A DNA stretch of 32,000 bases from Akkermansia muciniphila ATCC BAA-835 (GCF_000020225.1 NC_010655.1:2632103-2664102), one strand, 5' to 3'; numbered from the stretch's first letter, positions 8,766 to 18,131 are shown. The notes: generated by a model from the letters alone, not told the origin. A program made the numbers and translations.

Positions 8766-9022
8766 GTGTCAACATAAAAGAATCAAAAAATGTAGATAAA
8801 TGAATCTGTTACCATGTTTTTTCCTCCAGTCCCGAACGGGAAAGAAAACGAATTGTCCCCTCCGTCCATTATGGAAACACAAAAAGGAGGAAAAACAAAG
8901 CCTCTCTCAATGAAAATAATTTTTAGATTAATTATTAACGCATTACATACATGATGAACTGAAATGCCAATGACCGGATTATTTTTTGTACCGAAAATTT
9001 TTCATCCTTTGCATTCGCAATG

Positions 9023-9037
9023 CGGATTCTAAATCCG
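9023..9037. promoter_or_regulatory. Palindromic 15-mer cggattctaaatccg (copy 2) in the AT-rich region upstream of the PEP-CTERM gene
   Basis: It is the exact inverted copy of 8751-8765, 272 bp away. It sits next to, and overlaps by 1-2 nt, a second small hairpin gcatt-cgc-aatgc (9011-9023). Confidence 0.4.
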
Positions 9038-9065
9038 CCTAAAAAAGGATAGAATTTTATATACA

Positions 9066-9100
9066 AAAAGGCGCAGGCATTTTGGACGCCTGCGCCTTTT
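9066..9100 (-). terminator. Rho-independent, potentially bidirectional terminator after the oxidoreductase gene
   Basis: aaaaGGCGCAGGC-attttggac-GCCTGCGCCtttt has a perfect 9-bp GC-rich stem. On the minus strand it is followed by TTTTTG. It lies 27 nt downstream of the stop at 9127. Confidence 0.6.
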
Positions 9101-9126
9101 CCTCTCCCTCAAGGAGGAAAACCGCA

Positions 9127-10449
9127 TCAATAATTCAGGATGCCTTCCGCGACCTTGCGTTCGAAGTCAGCAACATCCACCACCTGCCCGCTCAGCCGGG
9201 CGTGTTCCGTGGCAAAGGCCATCACATGGGAATGGGCGGATTCCTCAATGGAAGTGGTCATATCCTCCGGAGAGGGCACCGTCAGCATGTCATCATACAG
9301 AGCCTCAATCAATCCCCAGTCGCCGCCGCCGTGCCCTTGGTAGCCTCCGGCCAGTTCCTCCAGCTCCACCACGCGGGTTTTCCCGCCAAAGTGGGGCGTC
9401 ACGGTTATTTCACCGGGGCCGTTTTCCTTGTAGAAGACTCCGGCTCGGATTTTGCCTTTGGTGCCATACACTTCAATGTGGCGCCCCTGTTCGAAAGCCG
9501 TCATCGTGAACGTGCCTGTCAAGCCTCCCTCAAAGCGCATGATGGAAACCTGATGGTCCGGCTGGTCATTGTCGCACTGGAGGTAGTCCCTGCCCCACGG
9601 GGAGGTTTTCAGCCATTCGCAGATTTCCTCCGCGGTAGCTTCCTGCGCCCGGTCATACACCATGCCCAGCCAGCGTTTGCATTCGTCGTCCGTGGCGTAT
9701 TTGCGGGCGTCCCAGGGGTCTTCCCCCACCGGGGTGGTCCACTCCGTGCAGCGTTCCGGCCGGGGTGAGGAGAGCGTCTTTTTCGTAAAGAAGGTAAGCT
9801 CCCCGAAGCTGGCGACGGAAAGGCATTTACGCCGGCCCATGAGCCAGTAGAGGATATCCATGTCATGGCAGCATTTGGCAACGATCATGGGAGTGGAGGT
9901 TTTGCTGTTGCCCCAGTGTCCGCGCACGAAGGAGTGGGCAAAGTGCCACGCCCCCACGCCTTCATTGGCATTGAAGGTGATGACTTCCCCGATTTCCCCG
10001 CTGTCGATGATTTTTTTCAGGGTCCGGTAAAACTGGGTGTAGCGCAGCACGTGGCACACGGCCACGCGGCGCTTCAGCAGGCGCGCCGTATCCCTCAGCT
10101 CCAGCGCTTCTTTCAGCGTCTTGGCGATGGGCTTTTCCAGCAGGACATGATAGCCCAGCTCCATGGCCTTCCTGCACGGAGCGTAATGGTAGTCGTCCTG
10201 CGTGCCGATGATGGCCACGTCCGCCAGGCGCGGTTCCGCCAGCAGGGAAGCGGCATCCTTGAACAGGCGGACGGAATCCCGTTCCTCCTCCGGGGCAAAG
10301 TCACGAACGGCTTCCGTGCGCTGTTTGACGGGATCCGCCGCGGCGGCAATGCGGTAGCGTTTTTTTTGTTCCATGGCCAGCTTCATGTAGGTGCGCGTAC
10401 GGGAACCGCACCCGATACCGGCGAGGGAGAGTCTCTTTTGTTCAGGCAT
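9127..10449 (-). CDS. Gfo/Idh/MocA-family NAD(P)-dependent oxidoreductase
   Basis: The preferred start is the ATG at 10447-10449 (MPEQKRLSLAGIGCGSRTRTY...), which gives an N-terminal Rossmann GxGxxG and avoids overlapping the upstream gene's stop at 10481. 'DVAIIGTQDDYHYAPCRKAMELGYHVLLEKP' is the family's typical EKP motif region. Confidence 0.85.
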   Translation of the reverse strand: MPEQKRLSLAGIGCGSRTRTYMKLAMEQKKRYRIAAAADPVKQRTEAVRDFAPEEERDSVRLFKDAASLLAEPRLADVAIIGTQDDYHYAPCRKAMELGYHVLLEKPIAKTLKEALELRDTARLLKRRVAVCHVLRYTQFYRTLKKIIDSGEIGEVITFNANEGVGAWHFAHSFVRGHWGNSKTSTPMIVAKCCHDMDILYWLMGRRKCLSVASFGELTFFTKKTLSSPRPERCTEWTTPVGEDPWDARKYATDDECKRWLGMVYDRAQEATAEEICEWLKTSPWGRDYLQCDNDQPDHQVSIMRFEGGLTGTFTMTAFEQGRHIEVYGTKGKIRAGVFYKENGPGEITVTPHFGGKTRVVELEELAGGYQGHGGGDWGLIEALYDDMLTVPSPEDMTTSIEESAHSHVMAFATEHARLSGQVVDVADFERKVAEGILNY

Positions 10450-10480
10450 AAGGATTGTGCAGATAATATGGGTAGAGAGG

Positions 10481-12583
10481 TTAAAGAACGCCGGATTTGA
10501 CAAGCAGCGCTTCCGCGTCCGGATCACGGCCCATGAAGTCGCGGTAGAGTTCAGCGGCAGGCTTGCTGTTGCCCTTGCTGAGGATGCAGCGGCGGAAGTC
10601 GCGCCCGGTTCGGGGATTCAGCACTCCTTCTTTCAGGAAGCGGCTGAAAGCGTCCGCTTCCAGCACCTCCGCCCATTTGTAGGAGTAATAACCGGAAGCA
10701 TAACCCGTGGGATCCGCGAAGATGTGGGTCAGGCGGCGCGCCACGGAAGGGCCGCGGTCCGTCATCGGCACCCGGTAATCCGCCAGAATGCGTTCATCCG
10801 TTTCTTCCAGCGGAACACCCTTGTACTGAGGCCAGTTTACGTGAAGCTCCAGATCCAGCTTGCCAAAGCAGAGCTGGCGCATGAAATCCGTGCCGCTCAT
10901 ATAATTGCGGGCGGCGCGCATTTTGGAGAACAGTTCGTCCGGTATTTTTTCACCCGTTTCATAGTGGGCGGCGAAGAGGTCCACGGATTCACGCTCCCAA
11001 CACCAGTTTTCATTAATCTGGGAGGGCAGTTCCACAAAGTCCCAGGCAACGTTGGTGCCCGACAGGGACTTCACTTCCACATCGGAAAGGAGCTGGTGCA
11101 GCAGGTGGCCGAATTCATGGAAGATGGTTTCCACCTCCCGGTGGGACAGCAGCGCGGGCTTGTCCCCTACGGGCTTGGTCATGTTGCCGACCATGAGACC
11201 CAGATGGGGAACGCGGGGTTTTCCGCCGTGCGGAGGTTCCCCTACGCTCAGGTAGTTCATCCACGCTCCGGCGCGCTTGGAGTCCCTCGGATGCCAGTCC
11301 GCATAAAAGGAACCCAGGTGTTCCCCGCTTTCCGCATCATGCAATTCATAGAACAGGACGTCCGGATGCCACACCTCCACCGCGCCTTCCGGCGCTTCCC
11401 CGGATTCACCGGGCTTGAACGCCACCGTGGGACGCGGCGTGACCGTGATGCCGTACAGGCCGGAGTAGATGGAAAAGAGCCCTTCCATGACTTTTTCCAC
11501 GGAGTAATACGGGCGCAGGTCTTCCTCGTCAAAAGCGTACAATTCGCGGCGGCGTTTTTCAGACCAGTATCCGGTTTCCCACGGGGAGAGCTTTTCCACG
11601 GGTTTTCCTGTTTTTTCCTCCTTGTACCTGCGAACGGCTTCCATGTCCTTCAGGAAAGAGGGCTTCACCCTGTCATGCAGGTCGTTGATGAATTTCAGGG
11701 CGTTGGCTCCGCTCCCGGCCATGCGGCGGGAAGTGGCGTAATCCGCAAAGCAGCCGTACCCCAGCAAATGGGCTTTCCTGTCCCTCAGTTCCAGGATTTC
11801 AGCGATAAGGGCTTCATTATCGTATTCTCCGCCCTTCCCGATGGAACAGGAGCCCTCCCACATGCGGCGGCGCAGGCTGTCCGAGTCCGCAAACTGCATG
11901 ACAGGCTGGAGGGAGGTAAATTTCTGGGTGAAGCGCCAGCGGGGGGCTTCTTCCGTGCCGTGGCCGTTGGCCAGGGCATCCAGGCGGGCGGCTTCCTTCG
12001 CGGAATCCGGCAGCCCGGAAAGTTCCGCTTCATCTTCCACAATGAGTTCCCAGGCGTTGGTGGAGTCCAGCACGTTTTCCGCGAATTTCTTGGTCTTCAG
12101 GGAGAGCTGGGCTTCTATCTCCGCATATTCCGGCTTCACGTCGTCCGGCAGGTCCGCCCCGCTCTCGCGGAAGTCCGCCAGCGTTTCCTGGATGAAACGC
12201 TGCCTGACGGGGGAAAGGCTTTTCACCCAGTCACAGGAGGCCGCGGCTTTCAGCACCGTCCACAGGCGCGGGTTCAACGGCACGGAGGAGGAGAAAGCCA
12301 CCACTTCCGGCAGCATTTCCCCGATGGCCTCCCTCTGGGCGGGTTCGTCATTGACGGAGTCCAGGTGCATGATGCGGCCCCAGCCCAGGTGCAGATCCTC
12401 GGAGGCCTTTTCCAGAGCGCCGAAGGTGCTTTCATAAGTCAGGGACTCCAGCGGCTGGTCGCAAATGGTCCGGATATTCTCTTTGGCGCGGGAGATGGCT
12501 TCCGTGATGTCCGGCCTGATGGCCTCCGGCGTAAGCCGGGACCAGGAAACCAGAAAGGAGGGGTCCAGATAGGGATGGTTCAT
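10481..12583 (-). CDS. M3-family zinc metallopeptidase (oligopeptidase A / peptidyl-dipeptidase Dcp type), 700 aa
   Basis: ATG at 12581-12583. The HExxH zinc motif 'HEFGHLLH' has its HEFGH at 11105-11119. The length and flanking blocks (GNMTKP..., FHEFGH..., WDFVELPSQ) are typical of M3A peptidases. There is a 31-nt gap to the downstream oxidoreductase, so the two are probably co-transcribed. Confidence 0.9.
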   Translation of the reverse strand: MNHPYLDPSFLVSWSRLTPEAIRPDITEAISRAKENIRTICDQPLESLTYESTFGALEKASEDLHLGWGRIMHLDSVNDEPAQREAIGEMLPEVVAFSSSVPLNPRLWTVLKAAASCDWVKSLSPVRQRFIQETLADFRESGADLPDDVKPEYAEIEAQLSLKTKKFAENVLDSTNAWELIVEDEAELSGLPDSAKEAARLDALANGHGTEEAPRWRFTQKFTSLQPVMQFADSDSLRRRMWEGSCSIGKGGEYDNEALIAEILELRDRKAHLLGYGCFADYATSRRMAGSGANALKFINDLHDRVKPSFLKDMEAVRRYKEEKTGKPVEKLSPWETGYWSEKRRRELYAFDEEDLRPYYSVEKVMEGLFSIYSGLYGITVTPRPTVAFKPGESGEAPEGAVEVWHPDVLFYELHDAESGEHLGSFYADWHPRDSKRAGAWMNYLSVGEPPHGGKPRVPHLGLMVGNMTKPVGDKPALLSHREVETIFHEFGHLLHQLLSDVEVKSLSGTNVAWDFVELPSQINENWCWERESVDLFAAHYETGEKIPDELFSKMRAARNYMSGTDFMRQLCFGKLDLELHVNWPQYKGVPLEETDERILADYRVPMTDRGPSVARRLTHIFADPTGYASGYYSYKWAEVLEADAFSRFLKEGVLNPRTGRDFRRCILSKGNSKPAAELYRDFMGRDPDAEALLVKSGVL

Positions 12584-12972
12584 ATTGCTTGATGTATGAT
12601 GTTATTGAAAATGACAACGGACGCGTTCCGGTATTTGCCGCAACAGCCATGAAAAAATAAAACTTACCATGTTTAAGGAACATCCGGCGGAACAGCCGCA
12701 ACCTGCTGAGCATCTTGATGAATGCTACGGCAGATCCGGCCTCCGGGGCATGCGGACCGAACATCTTCATAGCGGCGGAGAAGGAACCCGCAACCTTCCG
12801 GGCACGGCTTCACGCCCCTTTTTTATCACCGCAGGCTTATTTTTCAAGATGAACAAGCTTCCTGTCCCGGGATTGGACGTCATGTTCCATCGTGATGAGG
12901 GGGAATGCCATCTCCAATCCATCCATGAGGAAACCGGGCATCAAAACCGCACCCCCCCACGTTTATTCCTAA

Positions 12973-14586
12973 TTATTTTCCGGAAGAACGGGCCTTGTCC
13001 AGGGTCTCCAGCACTCCGGCATGGTTCGGGAAGCGTTTCAGTGCCTGTTCGCACATATCCGCGCATTCCCGGAATTTTCCGGCCTTCAGGTAGGCGCGGG
13101 CCAGCACCCATTCCGCAGGGTATGGCACTACGGGAGGCAGGAGCAGGGAGGAAAAACGCTGACTCCGTATGGCCTCGGACATCCAGACATTGGCGGAATC
13201 CGGGAACATGAGGGAGCGGATTTCAGAAGAATACAGGCTACCCGCCTGGAGGCAGCGCGCCCAGTAGGAGACGCTCATCTGCCTCCGGGCGGCGTCCGCG
13301 CCGTCCATCAGCAGCCGCAGAATGCCGGACATCTTGTCAAAGGCGGACGCCACGGCGTCCGTTCTGCCCTGCCTTGCGGCGTAGCATGCGCCCATGTATT
13401 GGGAGGCCACTGCGGTCATGCCGTTGCTCAAATCCGGAAACCCTTTGGGGAGAGGACCCGGAAAAGCCTTGAGCACAAGGGCCTGCCGGGGAAGGCCGGG
13501 CCGGGCCAGCATCAGGCGCGCAGGCAGCGTCCTGGCCTCCCACAGCTGAAGGAGGGTTCCGGGAGCCAGCGGATGCTTTTTGTCCAGGGGAACGGAAGCG
13601 GCTCTGGAGGCGATGGCTTCCGCCCTTTTGTAACGGCCGGCGCAGAATTCGGAAACGGCACGGTAAAGGATGGAACGGAAGTAGGCGTCATCAAGCGCGG
13701 GAGACACGTTTTCCGCCTTCTCCCAGGCCAGGCACAGATTTTCAGACTCCTTGAACGCGGCGGATGCCCCTTCATAATCTCCCGTGCGGAACAGGCAATG
13801 GCCCAGTAAATGATGGGCGGATGCGGAAAAGGGGTTGGCGGACACGGCCCTGCGGGCGGTTTCCACCGTTGCCGGAGAAATGGATGGCGCCACCTCTTCC
13901 AGCAGGGCGCGCATGAACAGGGCGGCCTGGGAGCCGGGGCGTTCTTTCAGGACGTCTTCCACCACGCGGACGGCCTCCTTCTGCCCTTCTCCGGGGTTGC
14001 CCTGCCCGTCAAAGCCGTCCCGGAGGAGCATGGCGTAAAAGAGGGGGGCGTATGGGTCGCGCTTCCAGGTGGAACAGATGGTTTTCCACGCTTCCCGCGC
14101 CTTCACGGGGCCATCCATCAGCAGCACGGCCAGGGCATCCGCATAAGCGCGTTCCCGTTCCGGGCAGTCCGGGCGCAGCGCCAGATCTTTCATGCGCTTC
14201 ATGGAATGGACGCGCTGGTCCTGGAAGGCGGGCCCCGCGCCCATCAGGCTCATGCACCTGCCCCAGTGGGCCATGAGGCAGTCCGGGTCCAGACGGAGAG
14301 CGGCGTCAAATTTAAGGAAAGCCCTCATGTCCCCGAACGTGAGCAGATTCGTCATTCCCTCCAGCACCAGCATTTGCGCGGCGGGAGATGAGGAACCCAC
14401 CATCATCGGCTCCACGCCGGGCGGCAGCACGGCAGGCTGCGCCGGAACGCCGGCGCGGAAGACGGCTTCCCGCCAGCCGTTCAGAGACGGGCTGTTCATC
14501 CAATACCCGTGTGCCCCGTCCGCGGCGGCGGAAGAACACCCCGCCACGGCGGCGGCCAGCAGGACATGGAGGAAAGAGGCGTCCAT
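12973..14586 (-). CDS. TPR-like helical-repeat lipoprotein, function unknown
   Basis: ATG at 14584-14586. The N-terminus MDASFLHVLLAAAVAGCSS has a lipobox-like VAGC. The protein is helix-rich with TPR-like segments (for example 'AHHLLGHCLFRTGDYEGASAAFKESENL' and 'WVLARAYLKAGKFRECADMCEQALKRFPNH'). It starts 13 nt after the argS stop. Confidence 0.7.
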   Translation of the reverse strand: MDASFLHVLLAAAVAGCSSAAADGAHGYWMNSPSLNGWREAVFRAGVPAQPAVLPPGVEPMMVGSSSPAAQMLVLEGMTNLLTFGDMRAFLKFDAALRLDPDCLMAHWGRCMSLMGAGPAFQDQRVHSMKRMKDLALRPDCPERERAYADALAVLLMDGPVKAREAWKTICSTWKRDPYAPLFYAMLLRDGFDGQGNPGEGQKEAVRVVEDVLKERPGSQAALFMRALLEEVAPSISPATVETARRAVSANPFSASAHHLLGHCLFRTGDYEGASAAFKESENLCLAWEKAENVSPALDDAYFRSILYRAVSEFCAGRYKRAEAIASRAASVPLDKKHPLAPGTLLQLWEARTLPARLMLARPGLPRQALVLKAFPGPLPKGFPDLSNGMTAVASQYMGACYAARQGRTDAVASAFDKMSGILRLLMDGADAARRQMSVSYWARCLQAGSLYSSEIRSLMFPDSANVWMSEAIRSQRFSSLLLPPVVPYPAEWVLARAYLKAGKFRECADMCEQALKRFPNHAGVLETLDKARSSGK

Positions 14587-14599
14587 ACGGAAGAAACGG

Positions 14600-16357
14600 T
14601 TACATCCTGTCCGGAAGCTGGATGCCCAGCAGGCCCAGCCCGTGCTTCAGCGTGCGTGCGGTCAGCTCGCACAGGGCCAGGCGGGAGTGCCGCACCGGCC
14701 CCTCCGACTTCAGGACCGGGCACGCCTCATAGAAGGAATGGAAAGCCCTGGCCAGGTCAAACAGGTAGGCGGCCAGCACGTTCGGACGGCAGTCGTCCAG
14801 CACCTGCGGCACCACTTCCCCGTAGCGGGCCAGAAGCCGGGCCAGATGGATTTCCGCATCTTCTGAAAGCTGAATGGGGGCGGACCAGTCCAAAGGCCCG
14901 CCGTCCAGCTTGCGGAAGATGGAGCGGACGCGCACGTAGGAGTTCTGGAGGTACGGCGCCGTATCTCCCTGAAGAGCCAGCATCTTGTCCCAGTTGAAAA
15001 CGTAATCCGTCATGCGGTTCTGGGACAGCTCCGCAAACTTCACGGCGCCTATGCCCACAACTTCCGCCACGCGCTTCTTTTCCTCATCCGGCATGTCCGG
15101 GCTCTTCTCCTCCACCACGCGGGCCGCGCGTTCAATGGCTTCATCCAGCACATCCTGGAGGGAAACCGTATCCCCGGAACGCGTCTTAAACGGCTTGCGG
15201 TCGTCACCCAGAATGGAGCCGAACGCAATGTGCCGGTAGTCCCCGTCCATGCCGCGGCGGCGCTGCGTGGAGAAAATCTGCCTGAAATGCAGGGCCTGAG
15301 GGGCGCCCACCACGTACCAGATGGAATCCGCGCCCCACGTCCTGATGCGGTGGTCCAGCGTCGCGAGGTCCGTGGTGGCGTACAGGAAGCCTCCGTCCGC
15401 TTTCCTGATGATGCAGGGGTTGGCGCGCCATTCCCCCTTGTCCTGCACGAGGAAGGGGTCTTCATTGGGCGGCACGGAACCGTCGGAAAACACGCAGATG
15501 GCCCCGTCGCTCTCCCGGGCCATTCCGGCGGCGATCATGCCGTCCACCAGCGGGGCCAGGGCATCATTGTAAAAGCTTTCCCCCAGCCAGTAATCAAAAT
15601 GGATGTCAAGCTGGTCGTAAATTTTGGAAAGGCCGGATTTGGAAACTTCCACGCAGCGTTTCCAGATGGCCAGGTTTTCCCCGTCCCCGGCCTGGAGCTT
15701 CACCAGTTCCGCCTTGCAGGTATCCAGCAGTTCCGGCTTTTCCTTGCACATCAGGTTCACATCCTTGTACACCCGCAGCAGCTCGTCAATAGGGTTGGCG
15801 GCCAGGGCCTGCTCATCCAGAATATTCTTCCAGCCCCACAGGATCATGCCGAACTGGGTACCCCAGTCCCCGATGTGGTTGTCCGTAATCACATGGTGCC
15901 CCACAAAACGGGCCACGCGGGAAAGGGCGTCACCAATAATGGTGGAGCGGATGTGGCCCACATGCATCGGCTTGGCGACGTTGGGAGCGGAAAAGTCAAT
16001 GACAATGGTTTTGGGGGCCTGCACTTTTTCCACCCCCAGCCGGTCATCCGCCAGCATGGCCAGCAGGCGCGCTGCGTAAAATTCCGGCCTGATGCGGAAA
16101 TTGATGAATCCGGGCCCGGCAATTTCCAGGGAGCACACGGCATCCTGCCCTATCCGGTCCGCCACCTGCTGGGCGAGCGCGCGGGGATTCGTGCGGCACC
16201 GCTTGGCAAGCACCATGGCGGCGTTGCTCTGGTAATCCCCGAACCGCAAATCCGCGGAGGGCGTCACCGAGGCGCGAAAATCAGCGGGAAGCTCCTCCCC
16301 CAACACCGCCTTTAATGCGGAGGACAACTTTTCTTCAAGAATTCCGGGTATGGTCAT
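14600..16357 (-). CDS. argS: Arginine--tRNA ligase
   Basis: The preferred start is the ATG at 16355-16357 (MTIPGILEEKLSSALKAV...). Class I HIGH motif in 'SAPNVAKPMHVGHIRSTIIGDAL'. ArgS-specific 'RKPFKTRSGDTVSL' block. C-terminal anticodon-binding (DALR) region ending 'LGIQLPDRM'. Confidence 0.92.
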   Translation of the reverse strand: MTIPGILEEKLSSALKAVLGEELPADFRASVTPSADLRFGDYQSNAAMVLAKRCRTNPRALAQQVADRIGQDAVCSLEIAGPGFINFRIRPEFYAARLLAMLADDRLGVEKVQAPKTIVIDFSAPNVAKPMHVGHIRSTIIGDALSRVARFVGHHVITDNHIGDWGTQFGMILWGWKNILDEQALAANPIDELLRVYKDVNLMCKEKPELLDTCKAELVKLQAGDGENLAIWKRCVEVSKSGLSKIYDQLDIHFDYWLGESFYNDALAPLVDGMIAAGMARESDGAICVFSDGSVPPNEDPFLVQDKGEWRANPCIIRKADGGFLYATTDLATLDHRIRTWGADSIWYVVGAPQALHFRQIFSTQRRRGMDGDYRHIAFGSILGDDRKPFKTRSGDTVSLQDVLDEAIERAARVVEEKSPDMPDEEKKRVAEVVGIGAVKFAELSQNRMTDYVFNWDKMLALQGDTAPYLQNSYVRVRSIFRKLDGGPLDWSAPIQLSEDAEIHLARLLARYGEVVPQVLDDCRPNVLAAYLFDLARAFHSFYEACPVLKSEGPVRHSRLALCELTARTLKHGLGLLGIQLPDRM

Positions 16358-16915
16358 GTCTGCCCAGATGAACGGACATTCCACCGCCGTAGTCAAGGCG
16401 CAACTGTCATCAAGACATACCTTTTCCGGTAAAAACAACAGGACGGAGATAACATCCCTGTCCCAGCCGGCGAACCGGACGCCCGGCGCCCGAATCCCCC
16501 CTTCCCTTCAACGGGCGCTTCCTTAAAAGGAGCGCATTCTGGAAGCCTTCAGCCACGCTTCCAGTTTTTTGGAGGCTCTGGCCTCCCTTTCCCGTTTCTT
16601 TTCCGGCACGGACTTTCCGGAGAAAGCCTTCGCCAGAACCAATGCCAGTTTTCTTTTCATTTTCATTTTATTTATATTACAGTTTTTGTTCCTCCGCATG
16701 CGGGGGTTTGGGAATCATCCCGCCCCCCCTCCGGGGAACACTGCCTACATACTGTACCAGGTAAGTTTAGTCCATAAGAAAAAAACAATTCCTTGTCATA
16801 CTTGATACAATAAGACGTAAAACATTCATTAAAAACATCTCTCCATCAACTCAGCATCCCCTGCTGCGCGTCAATCAAGGAGCCGGCCATCCTTTATCCC
16901 CATTTCCTGCCTCCG

Positions 16916-16978
16916 GCGCGGCGGCACGCTTTTCATGGCTGATCCGGCGCACGCTTCACAACGGATCTGCCGCCGCGC
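16916..16978. repeat. GC-rich extended inverted repeat (two-tier hairpin) 115 nt downstream of the zinc-ribbon membrane protein gene
   Basis: GCGCGGCGGCA (16916-16926) pairs perfectly with TGCCGCCGCGC (16968-16978). An inner stem GATCCG (16941-16946) pairs with CGGATC (16962-16967). No U-tract follows on either strand. Confidence 0.4.
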
Positions 16979-17092
16979 GCCATAAAGCGGGCTGCCGGAA
17001 ACGATACGCTGCCCGGAAGCCCCAACAGCCCCGCACCCCATGATTTTCCGCGCAGGTGCCGGACAGGCATTACCGGAAGAGGGTCTCCTGCT

Positions 17093-18013
17093 TCATTCCC
17101 CCCTGAAATCATATTTCTCCGCCTTCCACAGGAACATGCGCCGGTACAGGTGGTATTCCGTCACGCAAAGGACGGGCATGCCGATGATGCCGATGAACGG
17201 CAGCAGGCGAAACAAATGACGGCACAGAAAAAGAACCACCATCAGGAAGCTTTCCCGGTACACGGTCATGTACAGGGAATACGGGTTGATGAGCGTTCTC
17301 CTGTACAGGGAGGAAGCCAGCAGCGGCCCCAAAATGGGAACCACCCCCAGCACGACCACGGCAGCGAAGGTCCACCCCCTGCGGCGGCCAATATACGCAT
17401 CATACCGGTCCACGGACTGCTCACCCTGGAGCACCGCCTTGCCGCAGGCGGGGCAACGCTGGTCAAGAGAGGGCTCACGGAGAGGCTGCCCGCAGTAAAA
17501 ACACCGCCGGTAACTGCGGAGAACTTCCTCATGCCTTTTCCATCCGGAGGGAGGAACCACAGTGCGCAGCCTGGAATATCCTATCCAGTTCAGGGCACGG
17601 GGGGACGGATTGGACGTGCCGCACTCCGGGCAGTGCAGCCCGCACGGGTACATCATGGAGCCGCATTTGGAACAGAAAATACGGTGGGAATATTCCCGGC
17701 GGCGGCAAAAAATGAAGAAAGCCCCAAGCCCCAGCCCCCCCAGCAGGGCCAGGATGATGACTACCCCCGGGTACAGGAGGGAATAGGCTACCAGGTATTC
17801 CGACCAGGAATGGTCCGACTGGTGCATGAGGGATTCCGGACCGATGGGATTTTGCGCCACGTCCGGAAGCTGGCTTACGTATTTTTCACCCATGTCCCTC
17901 AGAGGCCCCGCGGGAAGCCATTGTTGTATGGGAATGGGTTCTTTCATGACTGGACATGCAGGGTTCGCCATAAAAACAGCATTTCCCGGGAGGCTGTCAG
18001 AAAACGGCGGCAT
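17093..18013 (-). CDS. Integral membrane protein with two cytoplasmic-type zinc-ribbon motifs, function unknown
   Basis: 306-aa ORF with ATG at 18011-18013; starts at M15 or M23 are also possible. Hydrophobic helices lie at about residues 74-103, 214-236 and 256-283. Between TM1 and TM2 are 'CSKCGSMMYPCGLHCPECG' (17621-17674) and 'CFYCGQPLREPSLDQRCPACG' (17444-17503). Confidence 0.65.
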   Translation of the reverse strand: MPPFSDSLPGNAVFMANPACPVMKEPIPIQQWLPAGPLRDMGEKYVSQLPDVAQNPIGPESLMHQSDHSWSEYLVAYSLLYPGVVIILALLGGLGLGAFFIFCRRREYSHRIFCSKCGSMMYPCGLHCPECGTSNPSPRALNWIGYSRLRTVVPPSGWKRHEEVLRSYRRCFYCGQPLREPSLDQRCPACGKAVLQGEQSVDRYDAYIGRRRGWTFAAVVVLGVVPILGPLLASSLYRRTLINPYSLYMTVYRESFLMVVLFLCRHLFRLLPFIGIIGMPVLCVTEYHLYRRMFLWKAEKYDFRGE

Positions 18014-18131
18014 TCAGCATAGGATGTCTCCGCCGGAATAGGTAGGGGAAAATAGGCCATGCCGGAAAATTCCGCCGGAAATGGGGAAGAGGCCCTTTTC
18101 ATCCGGCGCTTTTCCGTGTAATATTTCTGCC

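Noticed and set aside
10391-12592. 733-aa plus-strand ORF opposite the M3 peptidase. The same pattern applies to 9082..9768 and 9865..10500 opposite the oxidoreductase.
   Set aside because: These are codon-aligned antisense shadows. The minus-strand frames carry the HEFGH zinc motif and the Rossmann GxGxxG motif respectively.
12584-12972. 389-bp intergenic region between the TPR gene and the peptidase gene: possible ncRNA or terminator (the T6 run at ~12826-12831) and the ORFs 12669..13211 (+) and 12432..12770 (-)
   Set aside because: The sequence preceding the T-run forms only a 4-bp stem (GGGC/GCCC) with a 10-nt loop. Both ORFs run into neighbouring genes in other frames and have implausible translations. 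The region most likely holds just the promoter and 5' UTR of the peptidase operon.
16569-16805. 78-aa plus-strand ORF (TTG start) upstream of argS
   Set aside because: It has a non-ATG start and a Phe/Leu-rich translation from an AT-rich tract, and it is antisense to the more plausible 47-codon basic ORF. Neither ORF is strongly supported.
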